From an uncultured Spirochaetota bacterium (GTDB taxonomy: Bacteria; Spirochaetota; Spirochaetia; SZUA-6; Fen-1364), in the NCBI GenBank assembly GCA_963745235.1, contig CAVUXE010000030.1, positions 1 to 33,235 of the forward strand: a stretch of 33,235 nt of DNA, in the 5' to 3' direction. The translations under genes were made by a program, and so were the position numbers. How positions within the stretch are numbered: position 1 is the first letter of the stretch; the number at the start of each line of letters is the position of its first letter. A model generated the notes under the pieces. That model was not told the origin of the DNA. It saw only the letters and a program-made list of their open reading frames with translations, and ran no database searches. Of this stretch, positions 9,547 to 18,965 are shown piece after piece.

Positions 9547-10050
9547 ATGAAGAGCCGAAAGTATATATCTCTGTCGTTTTTGTTGATCCTGAGCGTCACA
9601 GCGTTGGGATGCTCCCCAAAAACGCAAAGCAGTAGTGGGTCTGCTCAAGGGAATCAAGCGACTAACACGAGTAGTTCTGGGAAGCTTCGAGAGGTTCAGC
9701 TTGATTTTGGCGGCCATTTATCCGAAGGAGGGATGATTTCCGCGTACTATGATGACAAAGACAAGCTGGCCTATTTTGAGGTGTACCTGGCCGGTGAGCG
9801 GGGGAAAGTTACGTATCACTTTGAGAATCTTGATTCTGATCAGATCTCAATTCAACGCACAGAGTACGCTTACGATAAGTCAATCAGTGAGGGGCAAGTC
9901 AGTATCGTTTCGCAGAAAGAGGAGAAATTCCTCCTCGAGAATGGCAAACAGTACAAAATAGAGGACGGAAAAAAGACTGAGCAAACCAATAAGAACTACA
10001 TTCTTTTGTACAACGAGGCGATGCGGACGATCAAGGAAGGTAAGAAATAA
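9547..10050 (+). CDS. Lipoprotein of unknown function
   Basis: MKSRKYISLSFLLILSVTALGC lipobox, Ser-rich linker, globular domain; ATG at 9547. Confidence 0.8.
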   Translation: MKSRKYISLSFLLILSVTALGCSPKTQSSSGSAQGNQATNTSSSGKLREVQLDFGGHLSEGGMISAYYDDKDKLAYFEVYLAGERGKVTYHFENLDSDQISIQRTEYAYDKSISEGQVSIVSQKEEKFLLENGKQYKIEDGKKTEQTNKNYILLYNEAMRTIKEGKK

Positions 10051-10502
10051 CACCCGTGAAGGAAGCGGCTTCGGGACGGCGGGGGATCTAGTAAGACGGC
10101 TCGGGCATCCCTGCCATCGCCGTTGCGTGGAATTGTAGTGTCACCCTGCCGCTGCCGCGCGGAGCGCTGACCGCTGGGGCCGGCCGTGCGCCGAAGGCGC
10201 CGTCACCTTCCGTCGCGGCCGAGCACAAAGGAGCAAGGGCTTTCTGTAGGGAAGAGCTGTGAGCCAGGACGGCGAAGCGGCGATGAGCGTACAGAAACCG
10301 TGGCCCCCCTGAGAGTCTCCCCCTCCCAGACGTCTGGAGGGTACCATAGCCGGTGGGTGTGCAGAGCGGGTAGGACGGGGAGGGCGGAGACGGCAGGGGG
10401 GCGAGGGAAGCCTGAAGCGATGAGCAGGGCAAAGACCTGCGAGATTAGTCCTTCCCGGACGCGCGTGGTGGGCCTCCGGTTGCCGTATCTTTTTCCATGG
10501 CC

Positions 10503-10559
10503 CCGTTGTACGGTTGTTCGGCGGCCGAGTATCGCCGGCGATACTCATTTCTGGGCTGA
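10503..10559. repeat. ~55-bp direct repeat, copy 1, containing a perfect 20-bp palindrome
   Basis: CCGTTGTACGGTTGTTCGG...GAGTATCGCCGGCGATACTC (10527-10546)...TTCTGG. Confidence 0.8.
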
Positions 10560-10576
10560 TGCTGTAGGGCAAGATT

Positions 10577-10891
10577 GTGAAAATCAACTGGGATAACTGG
10601 ACTCCTCGGGCATGGATGACAGAGAAGTTTCTCGACTGGATTGCGAAAAGGCGAGGAAAGCCTACCATGGCGGAGGAGCACGAAGAATCTGACAAAGCCT
10701 TGCAGTACGCGAAGATTCGCAAGCGATATCCGACTGATTCCTGGAACAGATTGTTGGGGAAATTCCCTGAGCTCAGAAGACTGGAGGAGCGTGCGCGCAA
10801 CTACGACCCAAACAAAGTTGAGAAGCGACGCGCGCTGACAGAGGTTATTGCCTGGTTCAAAAAGAACGACTCTGTCTTGCCGAAGAAGTAA
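10577..10891 (+). CDS. Small basic hypothetical protein between the two palindrome repeats
   Basis: 104-aa charged helical ORF; start is either GTG 10577 or a downstream ATG. Confidence 0.6.
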   Translation: MKINWDNWTPRAWMTEKFLDWIAKRRGKPTMAEEHEESDKALQYAKIRKRYPTDSWNRLLGKFPELRRLEERARNYDPNKVEKRRALTEVIAWFKKNDSVLPKK

Positions 10892-10945
10892 GAAAAGTAA
10901 AGAGGAGAAAGGCCTGGGATGCAAGAATGCATGCGTTGCCCTTAT

Positions 10946-10999
10946 CCGTTGAACGCTTGTTCGGTGGGTGAGTATCGCCGGCGATACTTTCTGGATGAC
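10946..10999. repeat. ~55-bp direct repeat, copy 2, containing an 18-bp palindrome
   Basis: CCGTTGAACGCTTGTTCGG...AGTATCGCCGGCGATACT (10971-10988) TTCTGG. Confidence 0.8.
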
Positions 11000-11436
11000 T
11001 CCGGAAGGAGGACAAGATAAAGAGTGTAAACAGATTTCGATATCTGTTTTCTGCATAGAGAGTTATAGCGTAAACGGGCCTTCGTGCTGTATACAAAAAC
11101 TCTCCAATTCATTACCGGTGGTAAGTTGGCTGTAAACACCTATTTAAGGCGGTTGGACTGCTTGGCTGCCCTCCTATACTCTGGACGCTATCATGAATGA
11201 GAAAGCTTTTCTCATGAATATGAATGAACATAAAACGATTCCTGAGCTTATCAACAGGACTCGCGTTAGCGATCAAAGCGATGCTTGCGGTCTCGCGGTG
11301 ATCGGGCTCATCTATTTGATTTGACTCCTCCCCTCGCATGTTAGACAATATGAGATTATATAACATTTTGGTCTTCTTTAGAATGTGACATCATAGGGAA
11401 ATTCCGAATTCCTTAACGACTTCAAATGATTCAGAT

Positions 11437-11868
11437 TTATTCGCCGGCTTCTTTCCGATCCCGCCTTGGCAAAAGTACGAATCCAAATGTTGTCGCAGAA
11501 TCACGCAAGCGGGAGTCCAAGCAGGCAATCTCGATTGGCTCCTGAATTGCGTCCCTGATCTCACAGGCTGTCGCAAGGTGAATCGCGTCAAGGCTGCGTA
11601 GGCGCCCAAATTTCCTGTCAGCCCTGATGCGTGCGGTAATACGCTCGTCAAGGATGCGAAACTGCACCGCTTTCATCAGAGAGTCCATAAAGCGCCAAAC
11701 GTCGACGCGGACTTTGTGACGATGAAGGGCGACCAGAGTCTCAGCTTGCAGGAGGATAGATGAGAAGCGGAGGTGCGTCGCGTCCCAATACGCTTTGTAA
11801 TCATCCGACCCCTGTTCAGCGAACAGAAACGAGAGCACAAAACTGGTATCGATGTAGACCGCCTTCAC
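11437..11868 (-). CDS. vapC: PIN-domain (VapC-like) toxin
   Basis: YIDTS, AET and LRSLDAIHLATA PIN motifs; overlaps the antitoxin stop. Confidence 0.88.
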   Translation of the reverse strand: MKAVYIDTSFVLSFLFAEQGSDDYKAYWDATHLRFSSILLQAETLVALHRHKVRVDVWRFMDSLMKAVQFRILDERITARIRADRKFGRLRSLDAIHLATACEIRDAIQEPIEIACLDSRLRDSATTFGFVLLPRRDRKEAGE

Positions 11869-12176
11869 GTAAAACGCTCCTCTCGTTGTTCGTTGAGAGT
11901 TGGACGCCAGTCCCCGCGCGGCTTGGAGATGCGAGCTTTCCGGAAGAGTTCTTCGAAGTTGAGAACGCTGTCTGTCGTGGCCGGTGTAAGCAGACCTCGC
12001 GCAGTGAGCTCTGTGATATAGCGGTCAATCCGCTCTGAGGAGAGGCTCGTTGACCGAGCACGGATCTCGGCAATTGGAGCATTGCGATCCAGTACGATAA
12101 CTGTTTCTCCCCCGCGCACAATACCCAGATAATGAGAAAGGCGATTTTTGAGCTCTCGGATTTTGACAGTGACCAT
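11865..12176 (-). CDS. Phd/YefM-family antitoxin
   Basis: MVTVKIRELKNRLSHYLGIVRGGETVIVLDRNAPIAEI is a Phd/YefM signature. Confidence 0.88.
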   Translation of the reverse strand: MVTVKIRELKNRLSHYLGIVRGGETVIVLDRNAPIAEIRARSTSLSSERIDRYITELTARGLLTPATTDSVLNFEELFRKARISKPRGDWRPTLNEQREERFT

Positions 12177-12182
12177 ATAATA

Positions 12183-12211
12183 AATGTAGCCACCGAAGCT
12201 ACAGGTGTCAA
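12183..12211 (-). promoter_or_regulatory. TA promoter with overlapping palindromic operator; leaderless
   Basis: Minus strand TTGACA-17-TACATT, 6 nt before ATG; TGTAGC-N7-GCTACA at 12185-12203. Confidence 0.75.
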
Positions 12212-12331
12212 GATGCGACGGCGACCCGTCTCGAAAAGGATTTGAGACTTCCAAGCGTTGGCATCATCGCAGATCGAAGGCTTCTGCGAGCGCCGGGCTC
12301 CTTTCGCAACTTAAACATACTTTCTCAACGA

Positions 12332-12721
12332 CTACCGCAGTTTCAGGCTCGTCTTGAGGGTTGCAACGAGGGTCTTGGGATCCGCTGGTTTTTGGAAAAT
12401 GCCTGCGAGTCCCAGCTGCTGGGTGTCGATGTTGTACCGCACCGAATCCCCGGCGGCGCTCAGGAGGTAGATTGGGCAGGTGAAACCAGCACTCTTCAGC
12501 TTGGTGGAGACCTTGCTGCCAGCGTCCACCGTCTCCATCATCAAGTCCAGGATGATTGCATCCAGCCTTATTTTCTCAGCTATTTTCATCCCCGCAGTCC
12601 CCTCCGCGGCCTCCCCTACCGTAAATCCCGCCGATTCGAGAATGATGCGCAAGGTCGCGCGCACGTCGGGGTCATCGTCGATGACGAGGATTGTCTTTAT
12701 CACTTCTTTTGTTTCCGCCAT
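12332..12721 (-). CDS. Single-domain response regulator (REC)
   Basis: ILVIDDD, IILDLMM, LLSA, QKP; RBS AGGAGGTGA. Confidence 0.88.
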   Translation of the reverse strand: MAETKEVIKTILVIDDDPDVRATLRIILESAGFTVGEAAEGTAGMKIAEKIRLDAIILDLMMETVDAGSKVSTKLKSAGFTCPIYLLSAAGDSVRYNIDTQQLGLAGIFQKPADPKTLVATLKTSLKLR

Positions 12722-12724
12722 AAA

Positions 12725-13211
12725 AGCCTCACCTCCTCTTGCGAGCAGCACGTCAAGGAGCTCAATGACAGCGCGAGCATTCCGCTGCGCTTTCCTGCTC
12801 AGTCCCCTCACCGCCGCCAAAATTATATCCACGGACACCTACCAGCCATGCCAACGGTCGCGCCGCGAGGCTCGATTCGCAAAGAGCCAGCAGGACCTCC
12901 GGGCTCGAGAGGTGCGTCGTAAACCCGACGTCGATCATCGGCAGCGAGCCTGATGCTGCTGCGCCCAACTGCCTGACTTTGAACGGCTCAGGTCCGACGC
13001 GGGCCGCATCCAGAAAAAGAACAACCTTGTGGCGCGCCATATCGACACAGCATTCGATTCCGAGCTGAAAGTCCGTCTGGACCGTCATACGCTCGCCGTG
13101 TCGTCGCTGCATCTCCTGGGCAATCCACGGCCCCAAACCGTCGTCCCGCCTGCCAGGGTTCCCATACCCCAAAAGAAGAACCGAGGCTCCTTTCCCTTGG
13201 CGGTTGTTCAC
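12725..13211 (-). CDS. Hydrogenase maturation protease (HoxW/HycI-like), frameshift near 12805; 3' end uncertain
   Basis: LLGYGNPGRRDDGLG, LFLDAA, TH; the C-terminus GEGLSRKAQRNARAVIELL lies in the neighbouring frame. GTG overlaps the hoxH stop. Confidence 0.82.
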
Positions 13212-14070
13212 GTTTGTCCGCGGACCTTTCTGTCCACGACCCGACCGCGCGAATCGACGAGTGACCCTTCGAGGGCCATCCTGCCCAGCGCGTGCGTCGC
13301 GCAACTCAAACAGGGATCGAAGGCCCGGATGGCGACTTCCACCTTGTTGAGCAGGCCCTCCGTGATCTGTCGGCCGGAAAGCTCCTCCTGGGCTACCCTC
13401 TGAACCGCCCTGTTCATTGGCTCGTTATTGCTCGTCGTTGATACGATGAGATTCGCCATCTCAATCGTGTCGTCACTGCGGACACGGTAGTGATGAAAGA
13501 GGGTCCCTCGAGGCGCCTCGATGCATGCCGCACCTTCGCCGCGACGGGTCCCGCTCACCACAAGGTCTACGCCCTGGAGATCGGGGTCGGAGAGCAACTC
13601 CTTCATTTTCTCCGCGGCATGGAGGGTCTCGATGAGCCGCGCCCAGTGGTAGGCGAGGGTCGCATGCACCGGCCTACCCTCTCCAAGCTTCAAGAACTCC
13701 CTTCGCTCCTCTTCAGCAAGCGGCGTGTCGATGAAATCGCAATTGTTCAGCCGCGCCAGCGGCCCCACGCGGTACCAACCCTTCTCTTTCCCGAGGGGAT
13801 GGATAAACGGAAACTTCATGTAGCTCCAAGGACGGACTTCCTCGCGGATCACGCTGAGGTAGTCGCGCGGCTGGACCTTGTCGAAGATGATTCTGCCGTC
13901 CGAATCTTTCGCTCGAAGAAGTCTGTCATACAGGTCCAAGGCGCCGTCAGAGCGCACGAGGCTCACGAAGTTGCTCTCGAAGCTCGCAAAATCGAGGAAG
14001 TACTTCCTGTTCTCTCGAAACAGTTTTTTGAACAGCTCCAGGGCCTCCCCCGCCCAAGGGATCATCGCCG
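13208..14070 (-). pseudogene. hoxH: Group 3 [NiFe]-hydrogenase large subunit (HoxH-like), 3' portion only
   Basis: WSYMKFP, YRVGPLARLN, EAPRGTLFHHY, and L2 motif DPCLSCATH. The L1 RICGxC motif is absent and homology stops at about 14070. Confidence 0.88.
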
Positions 14071-14105
14071 ACCGACACGAGGACGCGGGTCGCCTTTCGA
14101 CGATA

Positions 14106-14480
14106 TCAAGCCGCGCTGCACGGGATACGGCGGCCTGTCTCGAGGCGCGCCCCTTTTCCGTGCAGTACGACGAGAACGTGCATGTGCTGCGCTTGTTGTC
14201 GACTGATTTGGAGCACAGCCGCGCCTGGGAGGGCACACCGGAGGATCTCACGGAGGTCCGAATCTTGCACGTTCGGACTGGGGCGAGCTGTTGTGAGGAT
14301 CGGCAAGATATTCATCAGGGTGCGACCGGCATTTACACGGCCGGAAATGCACTCCCCGGATGCAAAATTAAACCTGGGGCGAATGGAGAATCTCTGTCTC
14401 TCCTCGCCCCCTACCCTCAAGGAGCGAAGAAGTGTGCCAAGCGAACAATCCCGCACCCTGCCGTTCACCTTTCCCTCCAC
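14106..14480 (-). CDS. Hypothetical ORF translationally coupled to the recombinase (may be degraded)
   Basis: GTG overlaps the recombinase TAG; no recognisable motif. Confidence 0.3.
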   Translation of the reverse strand: MEGKVNGRVRDCSLGTLLRSLRVGGEERQRFSIRPRFNFASGECISGRVNAGRTLMNILPILTTARPSPNVQDSDLREILRCALPGAAVLQISRQQAQHMHVLVVLHGKGARLETGRRIPCSAA

Positions 14481-15361
14481 TACAACTCCTCCCCGTTGAA
14501 AAGCTCGTCATCAGTGAGAGAGTCCCGCACATAGAATCGCGCCGTTGTAGCGGTGGAAGCGTGGCCCAGCATCTCGGATACTCCTTTGAGGCGTCTGGTC
14601 TTCTGAAACAGGTCCGTGGCCCGTGAGTGCCGTAGATTGTGCGCTGTGATCCGCCGATTCAACACCCTTCGGGCTGCCCTGGCAATCTCCCGCGTCACGT
14701 ATTGTCTCGAGAAGGGGCCACCATTGTGGCTCTCGAACAGGTACACCCTCCCCTTCTTCCCATACTCTCCCTCGATCTCTTCAAACAAACTAACAGGGAT
14801 TCTCACCCAACGCTCCTTGCGGCCCTTCCCATGGAAGCGTAGGAGTACACGGTCTCCATCGTCCTTGAGGTCCGTGAGCCTTACCTTGAGGCCCTCGGTA
14901 ACCCGCGCAGCGGTCGCGTAGAGGAAGCGTGCGATAAGGCGCACCCGTAGGGGCAGCGCTGCGATCAGGCGCGCGCGCTCCTCGGGTGAGATCACCCTAA
15001 TCTCGGGCGTGTTCGTCTTTGCCCCAGGGATAGAGTCCAGGGCAATTTTCAGCATGGCAAGCTCGCGGCTGCTCATGCCCTGGCGCTGAGCGGCTTGTAG
15101 AATGGCCGCCTTGCCGCCGTAGAGGTCGCGGTTGAGCTTGGAGGCTGATCCTCCCGCTTGGCGTGAATACTCGATGTAAGCGGCGAAGAGCTCAGCGGTT
15201 GGAGAGCGAAGTTCCGCCCAGGCCAGGAAGGCGCGAACAGCGCGCCGGTAGGCATCGGTTGAGAGTGACCCGCGGGCTCGGACTTTCAGCAGCTCGGCGG
15301 CGGGAATGCCCGGAAGGCGTGCGATAATGATGCCCGAAGTACCCTTGGGATTTGTTTCCAT
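14480..15361 (-). CDS. Tyrosine recombinase/resolvase (intact, 293 aa)
   Basis: TAARVTE (R), GKGRKER (K), HNLRH (HxxR), LGHAS (H), TTARFY (Y). There is no obvious integron-integrase insertion before HxLR. Confidence 0.93.
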   Translation of the reverse strand: METNPKGTSGIIIARLPGIPAAELLKVRARGSLSTDAYRRAVRAFLAWAELRSPTAELFAAYIEYSRQAGGSASKLNRDLYGGKAAILQAAQRQGMSSRELAMLKIALDSIPGAKTNTPEIRVISPEERARLIAALPLRVRLIARFLYATAARVTEGLKVRLTDLKDDGDRVLLRFHGKGRKERWVRIPVSLFEEIEGEYGKKGRVYLFESHNGGPFSRQYVTREIARAARRVLNRRITAHNLRHSRATDLFQKTRRLKGVSEMLGHASTATTARFYVRDSLTDDELFNGEEL

Positions 15362-15497
15362 AAGAAAAACTTCGGTGCGACATCAGGCCTCCTGAAGACA
15401 TCGCTGAACAGGTGCAACACGTCAATAGCCGAATCTCCTGTGCAATGCCTCAGCTTCAGTAGAAAGCCAAATGGAGGGACTCCCGCAATCCTCGCTC

Positions 15498-15565
15498 TTC
15501 TAATGCGCTATTTTAGCCCTCTCCGGGCCCCTCCGTAAAGCCATGAAAGGCGCAATGTGCGCGAT
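15498..15565. repeat. ~68-bp direct repeat, copy 1 (candidate recombination/resolution site)
   Basis: TTCTAATGCGCTATTTTAG (19 bp identical)...GTAAAG...AAGGCGCAATGTG.GCGAT, shared with 20681-20748. Confidence 0.8.
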
Positions 15566-15669
15566 CTGGCGCTTCTGTTCGCGCGTGGCGGGGCATGGCG
15601 AGACTTTCTGGAGGCCTGCCGCGTAGTTTATACTCCCTTGGAACGACCATCGAAAGCAGGGGGGCTCTT

Positions 15670-15855
15670 ATGGCGGAGTATCGGCGTTGTCCTTGGTGCG
15701 GTGTGGATGTCACACCGACGGCTCCCATGAAGATAGCGCCAGGGGTTGGCTCGGTCCCCCAGAGCAGCCCGCCGGGCGTATTCTGGGACAGAAATGCTGG
15801 CCAGCACACCGAAAAAGGCTGTCCCTCCATGAAGCGCCTCAAAACCTCAAGGTAA
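15670..15855 (+). CDS. Small putative Zn-binding protein (CPWC...HxxxxC), copy 1
   Basis: Conserved with 30594-30797 and the remnant at about 17977-18080. Confidence 0.6.
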   Translation: MAEYRRCPWCGVDVTPTAPMKIAPGVGSVPQSSPPGVFWDRNAGQHTEKGCPSMKRLKTSR

Positions 15856-15890
15856 CCCCTGGCGCCTTTCCGCTGACGGATAAGAGAATC

Positions 15891-16073
15891 ATGGAAGAGC
15901 AAATTGTTGTGGGAGATGTCGTGAGGTTTAAGGGCGGCGGATCGCCGATGACCGTTGAGAAGATAGAGGGTGACGAAGCTCTCTGTGTCTTTTCACTTGG
16001 CGGTAAACAACGCCTAAAACTTGATGTCCTTGAGAAGGTTGCAGATGAGCCACATTGGTGGGACCGGGGATAG
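15891..16073 (+). CDS. YodC/DUF2158-family protein, copy 1
   Basis: VGDVVRFKGGGSPMTVEKI...CVF matches the YodC pattern GDvVxLKSGGPxMTV. Confidence 0.8.
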   Translation: MEEQIVVGDVVRFKGGGSPMTVEKIEGDEALCVFSLGGKQRLKLDVLEKVADEPHWWDRG

Positions 16074-16326
16074 GGAGGGACGCCCTACCGTCACCAGAGC
16101 CACTTTCATTTTTGACTCACCGTGGAGTAGCACTTGTGGGCCCCTCGCCGGACGGAAATGAAGTCCGGGGGCACGACTCGCGACATAAGATCGGAACTGC
16201 TGGGGGCTGTTCGGGGTCCGGCGTTAGAGTGAAGCCCTCCGAGTCCTAAACTACTGTTGCGACTCTTCAGGCGTGTAACGGCAGTCCTCGTAGTACTGAT
16301 TGACCGCGAAGATGGTAGCGGATGTG

Positions 16327-16557
16327 ACGGCCCATAAATCGGAAGTAGGAGAAAGGAGCAGTCACTTGTGCGTGTGCTGGCATCGCCGCGGCTCCCGCCT
16401 GGACGCTAACCATTGCAACTCCACGCACACGAAGACCGTCGACGACTCGCTTTCGATACCAATCGCTTCGGTTGAACTCGATTGCAAGAGGAAGTTCTTT
16501 TAAACAGTCGCACAACGCTGCGAGTTGCTTCCGGGATGACTGCGAATATTGAAACCA
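16327..16557 (-). pseudogene. DUF72 (YecE-like) internal fragment
   Basis: PLAIEFNRSDW ... VTAPFSYFRFMGR resemble the DUF72 motifs AVEFRhxsW and YxRfHGR. Confidence 0.65.
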
Positions 16558-16890
16558 CCCAGCCCTTGCGCGCTTGCCAAAACGCCGCTCCTTGCCATCC
16601 TCCTGTTCTCTCTGAAGGAGTCTCCCAAGATGCAGGGGTAGGGCGATAGAGCGAACCGCTTCGTCATCATCCACGAAAAGGACAGTGGCGTTCGTGACCG
16701 CGGCGGTCGATTGGGTCGGCAGGGAGTCTCCGCCGCTGGGCATCGCTTCCCATCGCGGTGCGCTATTCCTGCTCTGTCTCTCGCTGCTTGCGCTCCGCCT
16801 GGAGCAAGCTCAAGTCGAGCCGGGGCCGTTTCTGTCTCGACACGAAAGCTGTTCCCAGGAAGATCCGGTGATGGGACGCATGTCGGCAAT

Positions 16891-17058
16891 GACACGCGCG
16901 CCAAAGCCTACGTAAATCGTCGCCTCACCTGGGCGCGAATGGGCAACTATGAGAACGCGAAGGCAGATTTCGACACGGCGATTGAATTAGACCGAAGAGA
17001 TCCGAATGCCTACGACGGTCGTGCGTTTGTTTTTTCAAAAATGGGAAGGAACGACGAA
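16891..17058 (+). pseudogene. TPR-repeat fragment
   Basis: AKAYVNR.L...MGNYENAKADFDTAIELDRRDPNAYDGRA. Confidence 0.7.
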
Positions 17059-17233
17059 CATAAAGAACGATCAAGCAAGAGCCTCAGAACTCAGGTCCGG
17101 AAAGTAGTTGTACCCAGAGTCGTACAGTGCAATCGAAAAGCTGCCCGGCCAAGTAAGCAAGATCCCCACAAACGACGCTCATGGCGGGCCTGTAGCGAGG
17201 TTTTCTGCGGACCTGTCGTGTCTTTTCACGAGG

Positions 17234-17975
17234 TCAAGTCCCGGTGAAAAGGTCGCGAGGACGGCCAGGGTAGGGTACGTGGAGGGCCTTTGCGGCCTTG
17301 CGCTTTGCGTCTTCGCCTCGCCTGTCATACTTTGCAGTGGTCAGAACGCTCGCGTGTCCCGCCATCTTCGAAACCGTGGTCACGTCGATCCCGGCATCCA
17401 GCAGGTCCGAGACGAAAGACCGCCTCAGGTCGTGTGGGGAGACGTCCGTCACCCCGGCCAGCTTCGCGCGCTTCTCGATAAGGCGCCACACCGCATCGTC
17501 GGTCATCCCTTGGTGGACCAGCTTCCCGCCCTTGCGAGCCTGCCAAAAGAGGCCACCGGCCTCCGCCCCCCTAATCTGCATGTAATCGTGCAGCGCATCT
17601 CGCGCTCCGTTATCCAAGTAGACAACCCGCTCGCGCCCGCCCTTGGCGTGTCGGACTTTCACCGCGAAGCCTTCCCCCTCGCTTGTGACATCCTCGATTT
17701 CGAGAGCGGCAATCTCCGCTCGGCGCAGGCCGGCTCCGTACCCCAGAGCAAGCACCGCTGCGTCTCGGTAGCCAGAGGGCGTTCCGTCGACGCAGGCCAA
17801 AAGAAGAGCTCGTAGCTCCCCTGATGATAGCCCGCGCCCTGCAGGCACCGAGGATCCTGAAACAGACTTTATGTCGCGCACCCGCTCGAGCTCCTCGCTA
17901 GGAAACTGACCCAGGCGCCAAGCTTCCCGCAGCGTTCCCTTGATCGCAGCCAGGTATCGGTTGGCCGTTGCTGGG
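17234..17975 (-). pseudogene. Tyrosine recombinase, 5'-truncated
   Basis: GLRRAE, KGGRER, PHDLRR, AGHAS and TTAKYDRR are intact. Upstream of PATANRY (about 17975) the DNA switches to the antisense of the Zn-finger/YodC module. Confidence 0.88.
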
Positions 17976-17976
17976 C

Positions 17977-18080
17977 AGTCGCCCAAAGCAGCCGGCCTCG
18001 GGTGTTCTGGGATAGACATGGCGGCCAGCACACCGAAAAAGGCTGTCCCTCTACGAAGCGCCCGAAAACTCAAATGTAAA
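17977..18080 (+). pseudogene. 3' remnant of the Zn-binding ORF, copy 2
   Basis: TTCTGGGA...GGCCAGCACACCGAAAAAGGCTGTCCCTC, shared with copies 1 and 3. Confidence 0.75.
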
Positions 18081-18121
18081 GCCAGGGAACTTACCCTTAA
18101 CTGCTGAGGAACAAGAGAGTC

Positions 18122-18304
18122 ATGGAAGAGCAAATCGTTGCAGGAGATGTCGTGCGGTTTAAGGGCGGCGGATCGTCGATGACTGTTGAGAAAATAGAGG
18201 GTGACGAAGCTATCTGTGTCTTTTCCCTTGGTGGTAAGCAACGCTTAAGACTTGATGTCCTTGAGAAGGTTCCTGATGAACCTCATTGGTGGGACCGAGG
18301 ATAG
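18122..18304 (+). CDS. YodC/DUF2158-family protein, copy 2
   Basis: Nearly identical to copies 1 and 3. Confidence 0.8.
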   Translation: MEEQIVAGDVVRFKGGGSSMTVEKIEGDEAICVFSLGGKQRLRLDVLEKVPDEPHWWDRG

Positions 18305-18365
18305 GAGGTAAACACGGCAGGGCCGTGGAGCCTAACTGAGAGAGTCGTCAGAGACCGTCCCAGGC

Positions 18366-18442
18366 CCGCCACGCGCGAGGTCTTAGGCTGTTTTCCCCTG
18401 CACATGGTGTGTGTGTCCTTGAGCCTGCTATAATGGCTTGGA
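18366..18442 (+). promoter_or_regulatory. Conserved upstream/promoter region of ankyrin gene 2
   Basis: CCGCCACGCGCGA...AGGCTGT.TTCCCC...CATGG...TATAATG.CTTGGA, shared with 19398-19468; extended -10 TGCTATAAT. Confidence 0.7.
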
Positions 18443-18450
18443 TGGGACAT

Positions 18451-18948
18451 GTGACTGAACAGATTGCCTTCTTTGATCTTGTGATAACCGGAACCCCAGA
18501 GAGCGTGCAAGCCGCCATCAGTAATGGCGCGGATGTGAATGCGCGCAACAGCTACGACAAGACCCCGCTGATGTGCGCCGCCGAGTACAACCAACACCCC
18601 GAGGTGATCACAACGCTCCTGGATGCAGGCGTGGACATCGAGGCTCGGGACGACCACGGCGAGACCTCGCTGATGTACGCTGCCCGGTTCAACCCGAACC
18701 CCGAGGTGACAGTTGCCTTCCTAAAGGCTGGCGCGGACGTCAATGCTCAGAACAACCGCGGCGGGACCCCGCTGATGTTTGCCGTCATGTACAACAAGAA
18801 TCCCGAGGTGGTCAACACGCTCCTGACTGCTGGCGCTGACGTGAAAGCGAAAGATCTCCGGGGAAAGACAGCTTTCGATTACGCGCAGACGAAGGCACGT
18901 CTTGAAGGCACCGCCGCTTATCGACGGCTTCAGGAAGCGTCTAACTGA
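18451..18948 (+). CDS. Ankyrin-repeat protein, no signal peptide (3 internal repeats)
   Basis: FFDLVITGTPESVQAAI N-cap, three repeats, GKTAFDYAQ...LQEAS C-cap; GTG start at 18451 inferred. Confidence 0.9.
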   Translation: MTEQIAFFDLVITGTPESVQAAISNGADVNARNSYDKTPLMCAAEYNQHPEVITTLLDAGVDIEARDDHGETSLMYAARFNPNPEVTVAFLKAGADVNAQNNRGGTPLMFAVMYNKNPEVVNTLLTAGADVKAKDLRGKTAFDYAQTKARLEGTAAYRRLQEASN

Positions 18949-18965
18949 ATGGGGCGTGTTGTTTT

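Noticed and set aside
17976-18241. N-terminal 89 aa of the listed 335-aa recombinase ORF
   Set aside because: It is the antisense of the Zn-finger/YodC module, not recombinase sequence.
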